A DNA stretch of 64,000 nt from Candidatus Omnitrophota bacterium (GCA_043826355.1 JBDRQI010000031.1:48403-112402), one strand, 5' to 3'; positions 1 through 10,899 are shown, numbered from the stretch's first letter. The notes: generated from the sequence alone by a model not told the origin. A program made the numbers and translations.

Positions 1-462
1 AAAAAGGGGGCTATTACAAAACTGCGGCGCGGTTTATACGCGTTAAGCGACCGCATTCCTTCTGAGTTTGAAATTGCCAATGCCCTTCTCCGCCCCTCTT
101 ACATTTCCCTCACTTTTGCGCTTGCCCATTATCATATTATTCCTGAAATGACCTACGTTGTCACATCCGTCACCACCCGCCCGACCTATCGCTTTGAAAT
201 CCTGGACCGGGAATTTCGGTATCACCGGATAAAGAAATCTGCTTTTACCGGATACGCACCGGAAAAGATTGGCGAAAAAATAGTACTCATTGCCGAAAAG
301 GAAAAAGCGCTGGTGGACTATCTTTATTTTGTAGGCAGGAAAATTTACCCCGTCAATACCCGGCTGGACATTTCTTCGCTTAATAAAGAAAAGATGCATC
401 GCTACGCGGAATTGTTTCGTTCCGCAAATCTCGAACGCATGATAAAGGAGCTCTATGCTTGA
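1..462 (+). CDS. Type IV TA antitoxin, AbiEi family (5' end outside window)
   Basis: Frame open from base 1: KKGAITKLRRGLYAL...PSYISLTFALAHYHIIPE...IAEKEKALVDYLY; overlaps the downstream AbiEii gene. Confidence 0.8.
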   Translation, partial: KKGAITKLRRGLYALSDRIPSEFEIANALLRPSYISLTFALAHYHIIPEMTYVVTSVTTRPTYRFEILDREFRYHRIKKSAFTGYAPEKIGEKIVLIAEKEKALVDYLYFVGRKIYPVNTRLDISSLNKEKMHRYAELFRSANLERMIKELYA

Positions 463-1177
463 CAGGGAAGTAATAAAAAAACTGGCGTTACAGTATCAAA
501 CTACCGAAACAAACGTAGCTAGAGAATATGTCCAACACCTTTTTCTTTCCATCTTCTATCAAGAGCCGGATTCCGAGAAGGTTCTTTTTAAGGGTGGAAC
601 CGCCTTACGGATTGTTTTTCAAAGCCCCCGCTTTTCCGAAGACCTTGATTTTTCAGGTTTCGAAACCAATGTTCCAATGCTTGAAACATTGGTGGTCAAT
701 GCTATTAACAAAATCCATAATATCGGGGTGGAGGTAGAAATTTCCGAAAGCAAGAAAACTTCCGGCGGCTATATCGGCGTTCTTGATTTAACGGTTTCCG
801 GCTATCGGACGCGTATAATCCTGGAGGTTTCCTTGAGAAAAAGAAACGGCGTCAAAGGCGAAACAGTCCTGATTGCCGGTGATTTCGTTCCTTCTTACAC
901 CATAGCGATATTTCCGCAGAAGATGTTGGTTGACGAAAAATTGGCCGCGGTCTTGAGCCGCGCAAAACCGCGTGATTATTTCGACATCTACTTTTTACTC
1001 CGTAAAGGACTGGTGGCGGTTGAACAAAAGAAAGCCCTCAAGGAAATTAAGCGCCGACTTGAACATAAAACACTGTCATTGGAAAAAGAGCTGCGCGATT
1101 TTCTTCCAAAGAGCCAACACAAACTTATTCGCGATCTCCCAAAAATACTGCTCCGGGAAATTTCCCGTTATACCTGA
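455..1177 (+). CDS. Nucleotidyltransferase toxin, AbiEii/AbiGii family
   Basis: FKGGTAL, RFSEDLDF, EKLAA..R.KPRDYFDIY motifs. Confidence 0.88.
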   Translation: MLDREVIKKLALQYQTTETNVAREYVQHLFLSIFYQEPDSEKVLFKGGTALRIVFQSPRFSEDLDFSGFETNVPMLETLVVNAINKIHNIGVEVEISESKKTSGGYIGVLDLTVSGYRTRIILEVSLRKRNGVKGETVLIAGDFVPSYTIAIFPQKMLVDEKLAAVLSRAKPRDYFDIYFLLRKGLVAVEQKKALKEIKRRLEHKTLSLEKELRDFLPKSQHKLIRDLPKILLREISRYT

Positions 1178-1364
1178 TGACACACAGATTTTGAGAGACA
1201 CAGACAAATAGATGATTGGCGGCAACGAATTCATGCTATATTCGGAGACAATAACGAGCAAAACCTGGCTAAAATGGAAAGTTCCTTTAATTTTTTCTTA
1301 ATCGCCTAGGATATTCTTTCATTTTTTCTTGTGTTAACACCCCCTGCCTATCGCTCTTATATTA

Positions 1365-1462
1365 ATTTACATACCCGATTTGTTACTGGCACAAGCCTAG
1401 ATTCATCTTATCACAGATTTACCCTACCCTGCTACTCACTATTGTTTTACTTCAACATTGGG
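1365..1462 (+). repeat. Dispersed module copy A (orphan tail IYIPDLLLAQA* plus box 1)
   Basis: Shares ATTTACATACC and TCACTATTGTTTTACTTCAACAT with the copies at 11.1-11.2, 16.6 and (box 1) 19.1 kb. Confidence 0.85.
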
Positions 1463-1602
1463 AATACCGGCCGCTTCGATATGCTCCATGATTCCCCCAA
1501 TAACCATGTCCTGTATATCGCAGATAGTGTCACGTCTATTCCCAGCGCATCCTCTAAAAATTTATCAATGAGAACCGGGTGCTGCGACGAAACATTCACT
1601 GC
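1462..1602 (-). pseudogene. carB: Internal fragment of carbamoyl-phosphate synthase large subunit
   Basis: Minus strand reads AVNVSSQHPVLIDKFLEDALGIDV, frameshift, then ICD..DMVIGGIMEHIEAAGI. Confidence 0.8.
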
Positions 1603-2750
1603 TAGACCAGCAGGGTAAAGAAAAAGGTTGAACCTTTGTTAATCTCGCTTTCGGCCCAGATTCTGCCTCCGGCGGCTTCAACGATATGGCGCACAATGGA
1701 AAGACCCAAACCGGTCCCTCCCAGCTGTCTGCTGCGGCCTTTGTCCACCCGGTAAAACCGTTCAAAAATACGCGGTAAATCCTCTGTCGGAATTCCAATT
1801 CCAGAGTCTGAAACCCTAACTAAAACTTCGTTTTCGGAAAGAGTGCCGTTGATTTCAACTCGTCCACCGGCAGGTGTGTATTTAAAAGCATTGTCGAGCA
1901 GATTTCCAAAAACCTGCTCCAGCCGGCGCTTATCCGCCCTTACCTTAGGTAGCTCATCCGGAAGGGTAACAGACAATTGAATTCCTTTCTTTTTTGCTTC
2001 CTGAAATAAATCAAGAAAGAAATGGCTCGCAAAATTAGCCAGGTTTATTTCTTCAAACTTATAGGGAAGAATTCTGTCTTCAACTTCTGCCAAAGCTAGT
2101 AAGTCTTTGGCTAAAGCGGATAATCGCTGTACCTGCCGGCTGGCGATTTCATAAAAAGATTCCCCCTCCTTTGCCAAAAACTGATGCATGGTCTCGAGAG
2201 CTGTGCCCAATGTGGCCAAGGGGCTGCGCAGCTCATGGGAGGCGTTAGCGGTGAATTCCCGGCGTTGCAAAGCCAATTGCTGCTCACGGGTTAAATCATG
2301 TCCGATCAAAAATATCCCGTTTTCATCCGGATAAAGAGCGATTGAAAATAACTTGCGTTCCAGGAAAAACTCAACCGGTTCTTTACGGAACTGTTTATCC
2401 TGCAGCGTCTGGGCAATCAGCCGGTTCAGGCCTTCGTTTTGGGTCATCTCCCAGTAATTCCGGTCGATTGGTTCCGGGATTCGAAAAAACTTGGCAGTTT
2501 CCTGGTTGGCGAACCGAACGATTCCCGTAGAAGAAAGACCGACTACAAACCCGGGTCCTTTATCAAAAAGATTTTTCAGGTAATGGTTCTCTTCGGTAAT
2601 ATCCTCCTTGTTTTTCAGTAATTCGGATATTTGGTCGTTCAGCGCTTCTTTTTCCCGCAACGCTTCCGCGGCCCGTTTTTTTTGCTTTAAATAACGGAAC
2701 CAGAGAGCGACAAGAAGGAGAAAAAAGAGAACAGCTAAGAATGATGGCAT
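1602..2750 (-). CDS. phoR: Phosphate regulon sensor histidine kinase
   Basis: N-terminal TM, PAS-like region, H-box ASHELRSPL, N/G boxes NLLDNAFKYT, DSGIGI, GGTGLGL; next to phoB and pst. Confidence 0.85.
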   Translation of the reverse strand: MPSFLAVLFFLLLVALWFRYLKQKKRAAEALREKEALNDQISELLKNKEDITEENHYLKNLFDKGPGFVVGLSSTGIVRFANQETAKFFRIPEPIDRNYWEMTQNEGLNRLIAQTLQDKQFRKEPVEFFLERKLFSIALYPDENGIFLIGHDLTREQQLALQRREFTANASHELRSPLATLGTALETMHQFLAKEGESFYEIASRQVQRLSALAKDLLALAEVEDRILPYKFEEINLANFASHFFLDLFQEAKKKGIQLSVTLPDELPKVRADKRRLEQVFGNLLDNAFKYTPAGGRVEINGTLSENEVLVRVSDSGIGIPTEDLPRIFERFYRVDKGRSRQLGGTGLGLSIVRHIVEAAGGRIWAESEINKGSTFFFTLLV

Positions 2751-2757
2751 AAAATTT

Positions 2758-3441
2758 TTAATCGGGTTTTAGGCGGTAGCCAACGCCGCGTATGGTCTCA
2801 ATCATATTACCTGCTTCATCCAACTTTTCCCGAAGTTCCTTGACGTGTACGTCCACGGTCCGGTCAATCGTGACCCGGTCCGGGGAGACTTCCCTTAAAA
2901 TCTGGCGCCGGGAAAGGACCCGGCCTTTATTCTCCGCCAAAAACCAGAGCAGTCGGAATTCAAAACCGGTAAGCGACAGGATTTTGTTTTTTAATTTAAC
3001 TTCGTATTTTCCCTTGTCCAGCGAAAGCGGTCCCACAATCAAAACCTCTTGGCCTCCGCCAGCCTTGAAAGTGTTACGGCGCATAATTACTTTTATCCGC
3101 GCCAGTAATTCCCGCATGCTAAAGGGCTTAGTCAAATAATCGTCCGCGCCAAGCTCCAGCCCCACGACTTTATCCGATTCTTCACCCTTGGCGGTCAGCA
3201 TCAGAATCGGAATGCCGGCGGTCGCCGAGACTCTTTTCAGGTGGCGGCAAACATCCAACCCGTTCATTTCCGGCAACATTAAATCCAAAATAATAGCATC
3301 CGGCATCTTTCGGGCGCGCTCCAGTCCGGAAAACCCGTCATAGGCCACCGCAACCTCGTAGCCTTCTTTCTGCAGGTTGAACTTTAGAAGTTCTACCAGA
3401 TCCTGCTCGTCATCAATCACCAGTATTTTTAGTTTTGCCAC
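2758..3441 (-). CDS. phoB: OmpR-family response regulator (PhoB/PhoP)
   Basis: Receiver (IDDE, LDLMLP, LTKPF) plus winged helix (RTVDVHV, IETIRGVGY). Confidence 0.85.
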   Translation of the reverse strand: MAKLKILVIDDEQDLVELLKFNLQKEGYEVAVAYDGFSGLERARKMPDAIILDLMLPEMNGLDVCRHLKRVSATAGIPILMLTAKGEESDKVVGLELGADDYLTKPFSMRELLARIKVIMRRNTFKAGGGQEVLIVGPLSLDKGKYEVKLKNKILSLTGFEFRLLWFLAENKGRVLSRRQILREVSPDRVTIDRTVDVHVKELREKLDEAGNMIETIRGVGYRLKPD

Positions 3442-3519
3442 TTCTCATATTTTACACCGCTCCCTCTACAAATACAAGATTAACGCTGTCACCGGTGGTT
3501 GTTGTCGCCGCAGGATTTT

Positions 3520-3559
3520 CTTAATCAATTCTTAACATTAGCTTTATACTCACTTAATA
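3520..3559 (+). promoter_or_regulatory. Pho-box-like array of four 11-bp-phased repeats
   Basis: CTTAATC (3520), CTTAACA (3531), CTTTATA (3542), CTTAATA (3553) between phoB and the pst operon. Confidence 0.7.
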
Positions 3560-3626
3560 TCCGGGGCTTAAACTATCTGGCGTACGAGGAGAAACACATT
3601 CACTTCTCCGCAAGCAAGGAGGCAGG

Positions 3627-3977
3627 ATGGATAAGAAGATATGGAAAGTGAGGATTAAGAAGACCTACGCGGATGCCACCAACCACGTCGTAGTCGGAGA
3701 GGTTTTGGAAATGACACCAATCTACATTAAGCTAAAATGCCGGGCGTATCATTTCAAAAAACCAATGCAGGCATCATCAGGCCCCGGAGGTATTTTCGTA
3801 AGCGATACGAAAGTGAGAATCTTCCCGTGGCAGGTGATTTCTTACATTACGGAACTCCCGGAAGATTTTAACTGGGAAGATAACGTAGTTGAACTTACCG
3901 GAAAAGGGGAAATTATTCTTAAGCAAAATGAGATGAACGTCACTATTAAGGGTGGTGGCGGATGGATAAATCAATAA
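3627..3977 (+). CDS. Hypothetical protein leading the pst operon
   Basis: 116-aa ORF with AGGAGG RBS. Confidence 0.7.
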   Translation: MDKKIWKVRIKKTYADATNHVVVGEVLEMTPIYIKLKCRAYHFKKPMQASSGPGGIFVSDTKVRIFPWQVISYITELPEDFNWEDNVVELTGKGEIILKQNEMNVTIKGGGGWINQ

Positions 3978-4003
3978 AACCCTTACAATTAATGGGAGGA
4001 AAA

Positions 4004-5245
4004 ATGAGCAAGTGGATATGGATGTTGATGGGCGCGGCGGTTCTTTTTGGAGGATTGGCCGGTAAGGTGTTGGCGGCTGACCCGGTTATCGAAATGCTGC
4101 AGGAAAAAGGCGTCATCACGGCGGGTGAAGCCCAGACACTCTACGATGAAAAAGCAAAGTCGGAGCCGGTCCTGCTTTCTACGGCCGGATCCAAATTGAA
4201 GATGAGGGGCCGGATTTTCGCCGGTTACTACGTGAGCGATGAGGATAAAAACTACGCTGCCAAATACGATTCGGGCAGCTACAAGAATTACAAGGACGGC
4301 TCCTTTGAACTACCGGACGGCAAGCTCCAACTAACCTGGAACCCGCTGGAACGTCTTTCGGTGGTAACACGCCTGAGTTTCAGCAACGCCGCTGCCGCCA
4401 CGCCTGACTACTTGTACGTCCAGTACAACGGCATCGTTCCCGGAGACCGTAACAGCCGGTTAAGGGTGGGCAAGATGAAGGTTGATTTCGGCGAGGAAAC
4501 CCTTACCGACAACGCGGTGGATAACAATGTCGGCTTAGTCTCCAACTCCGCTTCTATCGCCGGCGGATACGACGAAGGGATAGAACTTTACGGTAACTTC
4601 ATTCCCGGCATCTTCGGCTATACGCTGGGCTTGACCAACGGCTCAAGCGGCACCGGAGCCGATAACAACACGAACAAGGCAATAGCGGCCAAGCTGTTTG
4701 TCAAACCGATACCACAGCTCCATTTTTCCGGCAGTTACTACACCGCCGACATTGCAGACGGGAGTACAGCCGATTTCAGGATTGCGGGTATCAATTCGGA
4801 ACCAACCGGTTCGGGAGCCGGCGGATGGAACCGGAACGTCTGGGAAGTTGACGTCAAGAGCAGGTTCTTCCAGGAGGACAAAAAAACAGAAATAGCCCGG
4901 CTGGCAGCGGCCTACGGACAGTTTGCCGATGAAGCCAGTGGAGCCGCGGACCGCGAAGGTACTTACTACTTCCTGGAAGGTATGTACAACTTCACGCCGA
5001 AAGTTTTCGCCGGCGCCAGATACAGCGTTGTAAAACTGGATAACAATTACGCCACGACCATGCACGGCATTAAGGAGGCCAACGAGTACACGCGCACCAG
5101 CTTAGGCATGGGCTACCGTCTAAATAAACTGGTAACCCTGAAAGCCGAGTACTCCTGGAACGGCATCGAGCGCATCGATGGCGGCACAGGCAACAAATCT
5201 CTGTCCGATAACCTGCTGATAGTCGGTGCTTCAGCAACGTTTTAA
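4004..5245 (+). CDS. Outer-membrane porin, phosphate-selective porin O/P-like
   Basis: Signal peptide, LQEKGVIT segment, beta-strand pattern, C-terminal Phe; start chosen at ATG after GGGAGGA. Confidence 0.7.
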   Translation: MSKWIWMLMGAAVLFGGLAGKVLAADPVIEMLQEKGVITAGEAQTLYDEKAKSEPVLLSTAGSKLKMRGRIFAGYYVSDEDKNYAAKYDSGSYKNYKDGSFELPDGKLQLTWNPLERLSVVTRLSFSNAAAATPDYLYVQYNGIVPGDRNSRLRVGKMKVDFGEETLTDNAVDNNVGLVSNSASIAGGYDEGIELYGNFIPGIFGYTLGLTNGSSGTGADNNTNKAIAAKLFVKPIPQLHFSGSYYTADIADGSTADFRIAGINSEPTGSGAGGWNRNVWEVDVKSRFFQEDKKTEIARLAAAYGQFADEASGAADREGTYYFLEGMYNFTPKVFAGARYSVVKLDNNYATTMHGIKEANEYTRTSLGMGYRLNKLVTLKAEYSWNGIERIDGGTGNKSLSDNLLIVGASATF

Positions 5246-5257
5246 AAAACGTACTTT

Positions 5258-5292
5258 CACCCCCACCTACACCTCCCCCGTCAAGGGGGAGG
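5258..5292. repeat. REP-like palindrome
   Basis: CCTCCCCCGTCAAGGGGGAGG hairpin preceded by CACCCCCACCT. Confidence 0.5.
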
Positions 5293-5321
5293 GATGAGGG
5301 GTGACTACACAGGAGAATAAG

Positions 5322-6137
5322 ATGAAAAAAATAATGTTAGGCGCAGCGGTTTTTTTTGTCTTGGCGGGAAGCGTTGCCTATGGTCAGAGGGCAAATAAAG
5401 TTACCCTCCAGGGTTCCACAACGGTATTGCCAATCGCCCAGAGGGCGGCCGAGAATTTTATGAAGAAGTATCCGACGGTCAACGTGACGGTCCGGGGCGG
5501 CGGTTCCGGTACCGGCATCAACGCGCTGTTGGCCGGGACCACCGACATTGCTCAAAGCAGCCGGGCGATGAAACGCGCCGAAAAGGAAAAACTGGCTTCC
5601 ACCGGCGGCAGTGCAGTAGAGTATAAGGTTGCGATTGACGGGCTCATGCTGGTGGTCAACCCGTCCAACCCGGTAACCGGACTGACTCTGCAGCAGGCAA
5701 AAGACATCTTCACCGGAGCCATAACCAATTGGTCGGAAGTCGGCGGCAAAGACGAAAAGATAGTTCTGGTCAGCCGGGATACCTCCAGCGGTACCTATGA
5801 AGCGTTTAAAGAATTAGTCTTGAAAGGGTCAAACCCGGCATCAAACGCGCTTCTGCAGGCGTCAAACCAGGCGGTGGCAACTGCGGTCGGCCAGACGCCA
5901 ACCGCCATTGGGTACATCGGTTTGGGATATGCGTCAGATAAAACCAAAGCTCTTACAGTCAACGGGGTTCAACCTACGGTTGAAACCGTCAAAAAGGGAA
6001 AATACCTGGTAAGACGTTATCTCTACATGTACACTAACGGCCCGGCGAAAGGCCTTGCGGGTTCATTTATCAACTTCGTCCTCTCGGCCGAAGGCCAGAA
6101 GATTGTAGCTGAAGAAGGTTTTGTGCCGCTGAATTAA
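5322..6137 (+). CDS. pstS: Phosphate ABC transporter substrate-binding protein
   Basis: QGSTTV, GGGSGTG, SRDTSSGT motifs. Confidence 0.92.
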   Translation: MKKIMLGAAVFFVLAGSVAYGQRANKVTLQGSTTVLPIAQRAAENFMKKYPTVNVTVRGGGSGTGINALLAGTTDIAQSSRAMKRAEKEKLASTGGSAVEYKVAIDGLMLVVNPSNPVTGLTLQQAKDIFTGAITNWSEVGGKDEKIVLVSRDTSSGTYEAFKELVLKGSNPASNALLQASNQAVATAVGQTPTAIGYIGLGYASDKTKALTVNGVQPTVETVKKGKYLVRRYLYMYTNGPAKGLAGSFINFVLSAEGQKIVAEEGFVPLN

Positions 6138-6211
6138 AAAGTTGTTTCCTCCAAAGGAAGGAGCGGAGTATTTAACTCCGCTCCTTCCACAGTTCAACCT
6201 TTAAAACAAAG

Positions 6212-7084
6212 ATGCAAACGGAAAATATCATTCGCCGGTCGTTCCTCCTGGTAACCATTACCTCCGTCATCTTCCTGATTGGCATCTTGGTTACCTTAAT
6301 ACTAAACGCGTTGCCGGCTCTAAGGGAGATAGGAATCGGGTTTTTTACCACAACCTTTTGGTATCCGACCGCCGAACCGCCGAAATTCGGCGCCATACCC
6401 CTGATTGCCGCTTCGCTCTGGATTACCGCCGGCGCGCTCCTCTTCTCGGTTCCCCTGGGCGTTCTCTTTTCGTTGTTTCTTTCCGAATGTCTGCCGGAAA
6501 AGATTAAAGCATTCCTGAAACCAACGGTAGAATTATTAGCTAACATACCTTCGGTTATCTATGGATTATTCGGCATGGTCTTCCTGTCGCCCCTGGTGAT
6601 GCGCCTTTTCGGTCTGCCGGTAGGATTGAACGGTTTAACCGCATCAATCGTGCTGGGGATTATGGCCTTGCCTACCATTACCTCTGTCTGTGAAGATTCC
6701 CTTAACGCCGTCCCCCGCACCTACCGGGAAGCGTCATTAGCGCTGGGCGCAACCAAGTGGGAAACCATGATTCACGTTACCCTGCCGGCTGCGGCTTCCG
6801 GAGTTTCCGCGGCGGTGGTTTTGGGTTTAGGCCGTGCCATCGGCGAAACGATGACCGTCTTAATGGTGTCCGGAGGCGCGGCGGTGATACCCCGCTCGCT
6901 TTTACAGCCGATGAGACCCATCACCGCTACTATTGCCGCGGAAATGGGCGAAACTGCGGTCGGAAGTCTCCACTATCAAAGTCTTTTCACGCTCGCCCTT
7001 TTTCTGCTGATTATAACCTTATTTGTCAACCATATATCCGACGTTGTCGCGGCAAGGTCGCGCCAACGGTTTAAGGTTCAATAA
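6212..7084 (+). CDS. pstC: Phosphate ABC permease
   Basis: [30 protein letters not shown]. Confidence 0.92.
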   Translation: MQTENIIRRSFLLVTITSVIFLIGILVTLILNALPALREIGIGFFTTTFWYPTAEPPKFGAIPLIAASLWITAGALLFSVPLGVLFSLFLSECLPEKIKAFLKPTVELLANIPSVIYGLFGMVFLSPLVMRLFGLPVGLNGLTASIVLGIMALPTITSVCEDSLNAVPRTYREASLALGATKWETMIHVTLPAAASGVSAAVVLGLGRAIGETMTVLMVSGGAAVIPRSLLQPMRPITATIAAEMGETAVGSLHYQSLFTLALFLLIITLFVNHISDVVAARSRQRFKVQ

Positions 7085-7085
7085 G

Positions 7086-7946
7086 ATGAAAAGAAACCGG
7101 TTTCTGATCCAAAAATTCTGGTTTGGTATTCTGGGCCTTTCCGGCTTGGTAATCGCCATTATTCTGTTTGCGATTGTCTTTTTCGTTGTAACCAGAGGAT
7201 CCCGGGTAATAAGCTGGGAATTCCTGACCGCCGCCCCAAAAGACGGCATGACCGCCGGCGGCATCTTTCCCGCCATCATCGGAACTTTTTACCTAACCCT
7301 GCTGGCGATTACCGCTGCTTTACCGGTCGGCGTAATTACCGCAATCTATCTTAATGAATACGCAGACCGAACCAGCCACCTGGTCCGATTATCCCGAAAG
7401 GCAGTCAATGCCCTGGCCGGCATCCCTTCGGTCGTCTTCGGCCTTTTCGGCCTGGCCCTCTTCGTAAACTTCCTGCACTTCGGCGTTTCCATCCTTTCCG
7501 GCGGACTGACCTTGGCAATCATGATTCTGCCGGTAATCATCCGTTCTTCGGAAGAAGCGCTCTCCGCGGTACCCTTCTCCTTCCGGGAAGCATCGTTGGC
7601 CCTGGGCGCCAGCAAATGGTACACCATCCGACGGGCAGTATTGCCGACCGCGCTCCCGGGTATCTTCACCGGCGCCATCCTGGGCATCGGTCGGGTGGCC
7701 GGAGAGACCGCGCCGATTATGTTTACCGCAGCCACTTTTTTCACCGGCCGATTACCTTCCTCGATCAGAGACGAAGTTATGGCGTTGCCTTACCACATTT
7801 ACGGCCTGATGACCGAGGGAACACGCCCGGAACAACAGGCGCCGATCGCCTACGGAACCGCGTTGGTGCTCCTGATTTTGGTCCTGGGTATCGATTTAAT
7901 CGCCATTTTGTGGCGTTACCGGTCCCGCAAAACAAAAAAATGGTAA
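7086..7946 (+). CDS. pstA: Phosphate ABC permease
   Basis: [21 protein letters not shown]. Confidence 0.92.
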   Translation: MKRNRFLIQKFWFGILGLSGLVIAIILFAIVFFVVTRGSRVISWEFLTAAPKDGMTAGGIFPAIIGTFYLTLLAITAALPVGVITAIYLNEYADRTSHLVRLSRKAVNALAGIPSVVFGLFGLALFVNFLHFGVSILSGGLTLAIMILPVIIRSSEEALSAVPFSFREASLALGASKWYTIRRAVLPTALPGIFTGAILGIGRVAGETAPIMFTAATFFTGRLPSSIRDEVMALPYHIYGLMTEGTRPEQQAPIAYGTALVLLILVLGIDLIAILWRYRSRKTKKW

Positions 7947-7947
7947 A

Positions 7948-8703
7948 ATGGAAAAAATAATTGAAATCAAAAAACTGAATCTCTGGTTCGGCGAGAAACA
8001 TATCTTAAAGGACATCGACCTGGATTTCCAGGCAAACGAAATTTCGGCCATCATCGGGCCTTCCGGCTGCGGCAAATCAACCCTTATCCGAACCTTGAAC
8101 CGGATGAACGACCTGATTCCTGAAACAAGAATTGAAGGCGGCATACTTCTGGACGGACAGGACATATACGACGGGTGCCATAACGTTGTCAATCTGCGCA
8201 CAAAGGTAGGGATGGTCTTCCAGCGGCCGAACCCTTTCCCAAAGTCAATCTTTGAAAATGTGGCTTACGGGTTGCGCGTTCAGGGAATTCACAACCGCCG
8301 GGAGATTGCCGGCCGGGTTGAAAATACACTGAAAGCCGCAGCCCTCTGGAACGAAGTAAAGGACAACCTGAACCAAAACGCCTTCCAACTCTCCGGCGGA
8401 CAGCAGCAACGGTTGTGTATAGCCAGAGCGTTGGCAATAGAGCCGGAAGTTATTTTGTTCGACGAACCCTGTTCGGCCCTGGACCCGATTTCCACTGCGC
8501 GTATAGAAGAACTTCTGCTCAAGTTGAAAATTTCTTATACGATAATCATCGTCACCCACAACATGCAACAGGCGGCGCGCGTCGCCGACACAACCGCTTT
8601 TCTGCTGATGGGCGAGATGATTGAGGTTGGAGCGACCAGCCAGATTTTCAAACAACCGAAAGACAAGCGGACTGAAGATTACATAACCGGGAGGTTCGGA
8701 TAA
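7948..8703 (+). CDS. pstB: Phosphate ABC ATPase
   Basis: [31 protein letters not shown]. Confidence 0.95.
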   Translation: MEKIIEIKKLNLWFGEKHILKDIDLDFQANEISAIIGPSGCGKSTLIRTLNRMNDLIPETRIEGGILLDGQDIYDGCHNVVNLRTKVGMVFQRPNPFPKSIFENVAYGLRVQGIHNRREIAGRVENTLKAAALWNEVKDNLNQNAFQLSGGQQQRLCIARALAIEPEVILFDEPCSALDPISTARIEELLLKLKISYTIIIVTHNMQQAARVADTTAFLLMGEMIEVGATSQIFKQPKDKRTEDYITGRFG

Positions 8704-9362
8704 TGGAACGACATTTTGATTTCGAATTAGAGGAGTTGAAAAGGATGCTTCTGACGATGAGTGGAATGGTTGAGGAAGCTATCGATAAGGCGGTCTCTTC
8801 TTTGGAAAAACTGTCTCCGGAACTGGCCCGGGAAGTGATTTCCGCAGACCAGCGCATAGACCAACTTGAGATAGATATTGACGACAAGACCTTTGAACTA
8901 ATTATGCGGCACCAGCCGCTGGCTAGCGATCTAAGATTAATTCTAATGGCCGGTCAAATCGGTTCGGAGCTGGAACGGATAGCAGACTTAGCGGTTGACA
9001 TCGCCCAGCGTACCCTGGAACTTGCCGGACAGCCGTTAATCAAGCCGCTGGTTGATATACCTAAACTTTCTACTTTAGCCCGTCAGATGGTCAGGGAAAG
9101 CATTGCATCCTTTATCAGCCTTGATGGCGAATTGGCCCGTTTCGTCTGCAGTAAAGATGACGGGGCTGATTTCTTGAGGGATGCGATCTATAAGGAGCTA
9201 ACCGAAATTGTCAGCCGGGACGGAAGTTTAGCGGGCAGGGCAATACCGCTCATCCTGGTCAGCCGTCATCTGGAACGCATCTGCGACCACGCCACCAATA
9301 TTGCAGAAGAAGTGGTCTTCCTGGTAGAAGCAAAATCCATCAAGCACTCTGAAAAGGGATAA
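8703..9362 (+). CDS. phoU: Phosphate signalling protein PhoU
   Basis: ELERIADLA and HLERICDHATNIAE. Confidence 0.93.
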   Translation: MERHFDFELEELKRMLLTMSGMVEEAIDKAVSSLEKLSPELAREVISADQRIDQLEIDIDDKTFELIMRHQPLASDLRLILMAGQIGSELERIADLAVDIAQRTLELAGQPLIKPLVDIPKLSTLARQMVRESIASFISLDGELARFVCSKDDGADFLRDAIYKELTEIVSRDGSLAGRAIPLILVSRHLERICDHATNIAEEVVFLVEAKSIKHSEKG

Positions 9363-9410
9363 AAAGACGATGTTGTTAGCAATTGTGTTCAGTAAATAGA
9401 GGTGACAAAA

Positions 9411-10760
9411 ATGAAAAACATAATTATAATCGGTGGCAGTGATGCGGGTATAAGCGCTGCTTTAAGAGCAAAAGAAATAAACCCGGAAATAACTCCGACT
9501 ATGATAGTGGCTGACATTTTCCCTAATTTCAGCATTTGCGGCTTGCCCTATTATATCAGCCGGGAAGTGACTCATTGGGAGAACCTGGCGCACAGAACAA
9601 AGCAGGATATTGAAAACGAAGGAATCAATTTGTTGCTCGAACACACTGCTCAATCTATCAATACAGAAACAAAACAGGTAACCGTTCTTGATAAATCAGG
9701 GGTTGCAAAAATTCTGGATTATGATAAATTCATAATTGGAACCGGCGCGGTATCTTTAAAACCCGACATTGCCGGATTAGATAACCCGGGGGTTTTCTTT
9801 TTGCGTTGGATACCGGAAGGCGTTGCCATTGACGAATTTCTGAAAAACCGGAACCCAAAAACAGCGGTGATAATCGGCGCCGGATATATCGGTATGGAAA
9901 TGTCCGAAGCATTAACCAAACGCGGGGTAAAAATAACTGTTGTCGAATACGCCGAATCGGTATTACCGTCATTTGACGCTGACCTCGGAAAACAGATTCG
10001 AGACCTGCTTACGCGAAACGGATTAACGGTGCACAATAAAATATCTATCAACTCTATCAACAAAATTTCAGATAGACTTTTGGTTAAAGGAACGGACAAT
10101 TTTGAGATTTCAACGGATATGGTATTAGTGGCCGCCGGCAGCGCTCCGAATGCGGCGCTTGGTCAATCGGCCGGTATTAACACCGGAATAAAAGGCGCGC
10201 TTAAAGTTAATCTGAAAATGGAGACGAACATACCTGATATTTATGCGGCTGGCGACTGTGCTGAAACATGGCATAACATTTTACAGAAATACACCTATCT
10301 TCCCCTGGGAACGGTTGCGCATAAACAGGGCAGAGTTGCCGGAGAAAATGCGATGGGTGGTGATAAGGAATTTACCGGCACGTTAGGCACGCAATCGGTA
10401 AAAATATTCGATAAGGTTGTGGCCCGAACAGGATTAAACAACCAAGAAGTAGTAAATGCCGACTTTCAGCCGGTTGGCGCTGATTTTGAAACCTGGGACC
10501 ATAAAGCATATTATCCGCCGGCAAGTAAATTGTATATCCGGGTAACCGCAGACAAGAAAACAAAAAGAATTCTGGGCGCGCAAATGATTGGTGCATATGG
10601 GACAGAGATATCAAAACGTATTGATATCCTTGCCACTGCGCTATTTTATGGTGCAACAGTGAAAGAATTCAGCAATTATGACTTAAGTTATACGCCGCCT
10701 TTAAGCAGTCCGTGGGACCCGGTTCAAATGGCGGTGCAAAATCTTGAGAGAATGCTTTAA
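9411..10760 (+). CDS. FAD-dependent pyridine nucleotide-disulfide oxidoreductase (CoA-disulfide reductase/NADH oxidase-like)
   Basis: GGSDAG, SICGLPY, GAGYIG, AAGDC, DLSYTPP. Confidence 0.85.
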   Translation: MKNIIIIGGSDAGISAALRAKEINPEITPTMIVADIFPNFSICGLPYYISREVTHWENLAHRTKQDIENEGINLLLEHTAQSINTETKQVTVLDKSGVAKILDYDKFIIGTGAVSLKPDIAGLDNPGVFFLRWIPEGVAIDEFLKNRNPKTAVIIGAGYIGMEMSEALTKRGVKITVVEYAESVLPSFDADLGKQIRDLLTRNGLTVHNKISINSINKISDRLLVKGTDNFEISTDMVLVAAGSAPNAALGQSAGINTGIKGALKVNLKMETNIPDIYAAGDCAETWHNILQKYTYLPLGTVAHKQGRVAGENAMGGDKEFTGTLGTQSVKIFDKVVARTGLNNQEVVNADFQPVGADFETWDHKAYYPPASKLYIRVTADKKTKRILGAQMIGAYGTEISKRIDILATALFYGATVKEFSNYDLSYTPPLSSPWDPVQMAVQNLERML

Positions 10761-10899
10761 TTTTCTTCAGTCAAAAATCGAGGGGTATTTAAATAAAATT
10801 CAAGAGCGGGAAAGCAACAAGCAAATACATCTCCCATGGAATGCATATCCTTCATGTGGCCGTTAACCGAAGAACTCTGGTCAATCAAGGATTCAGACT

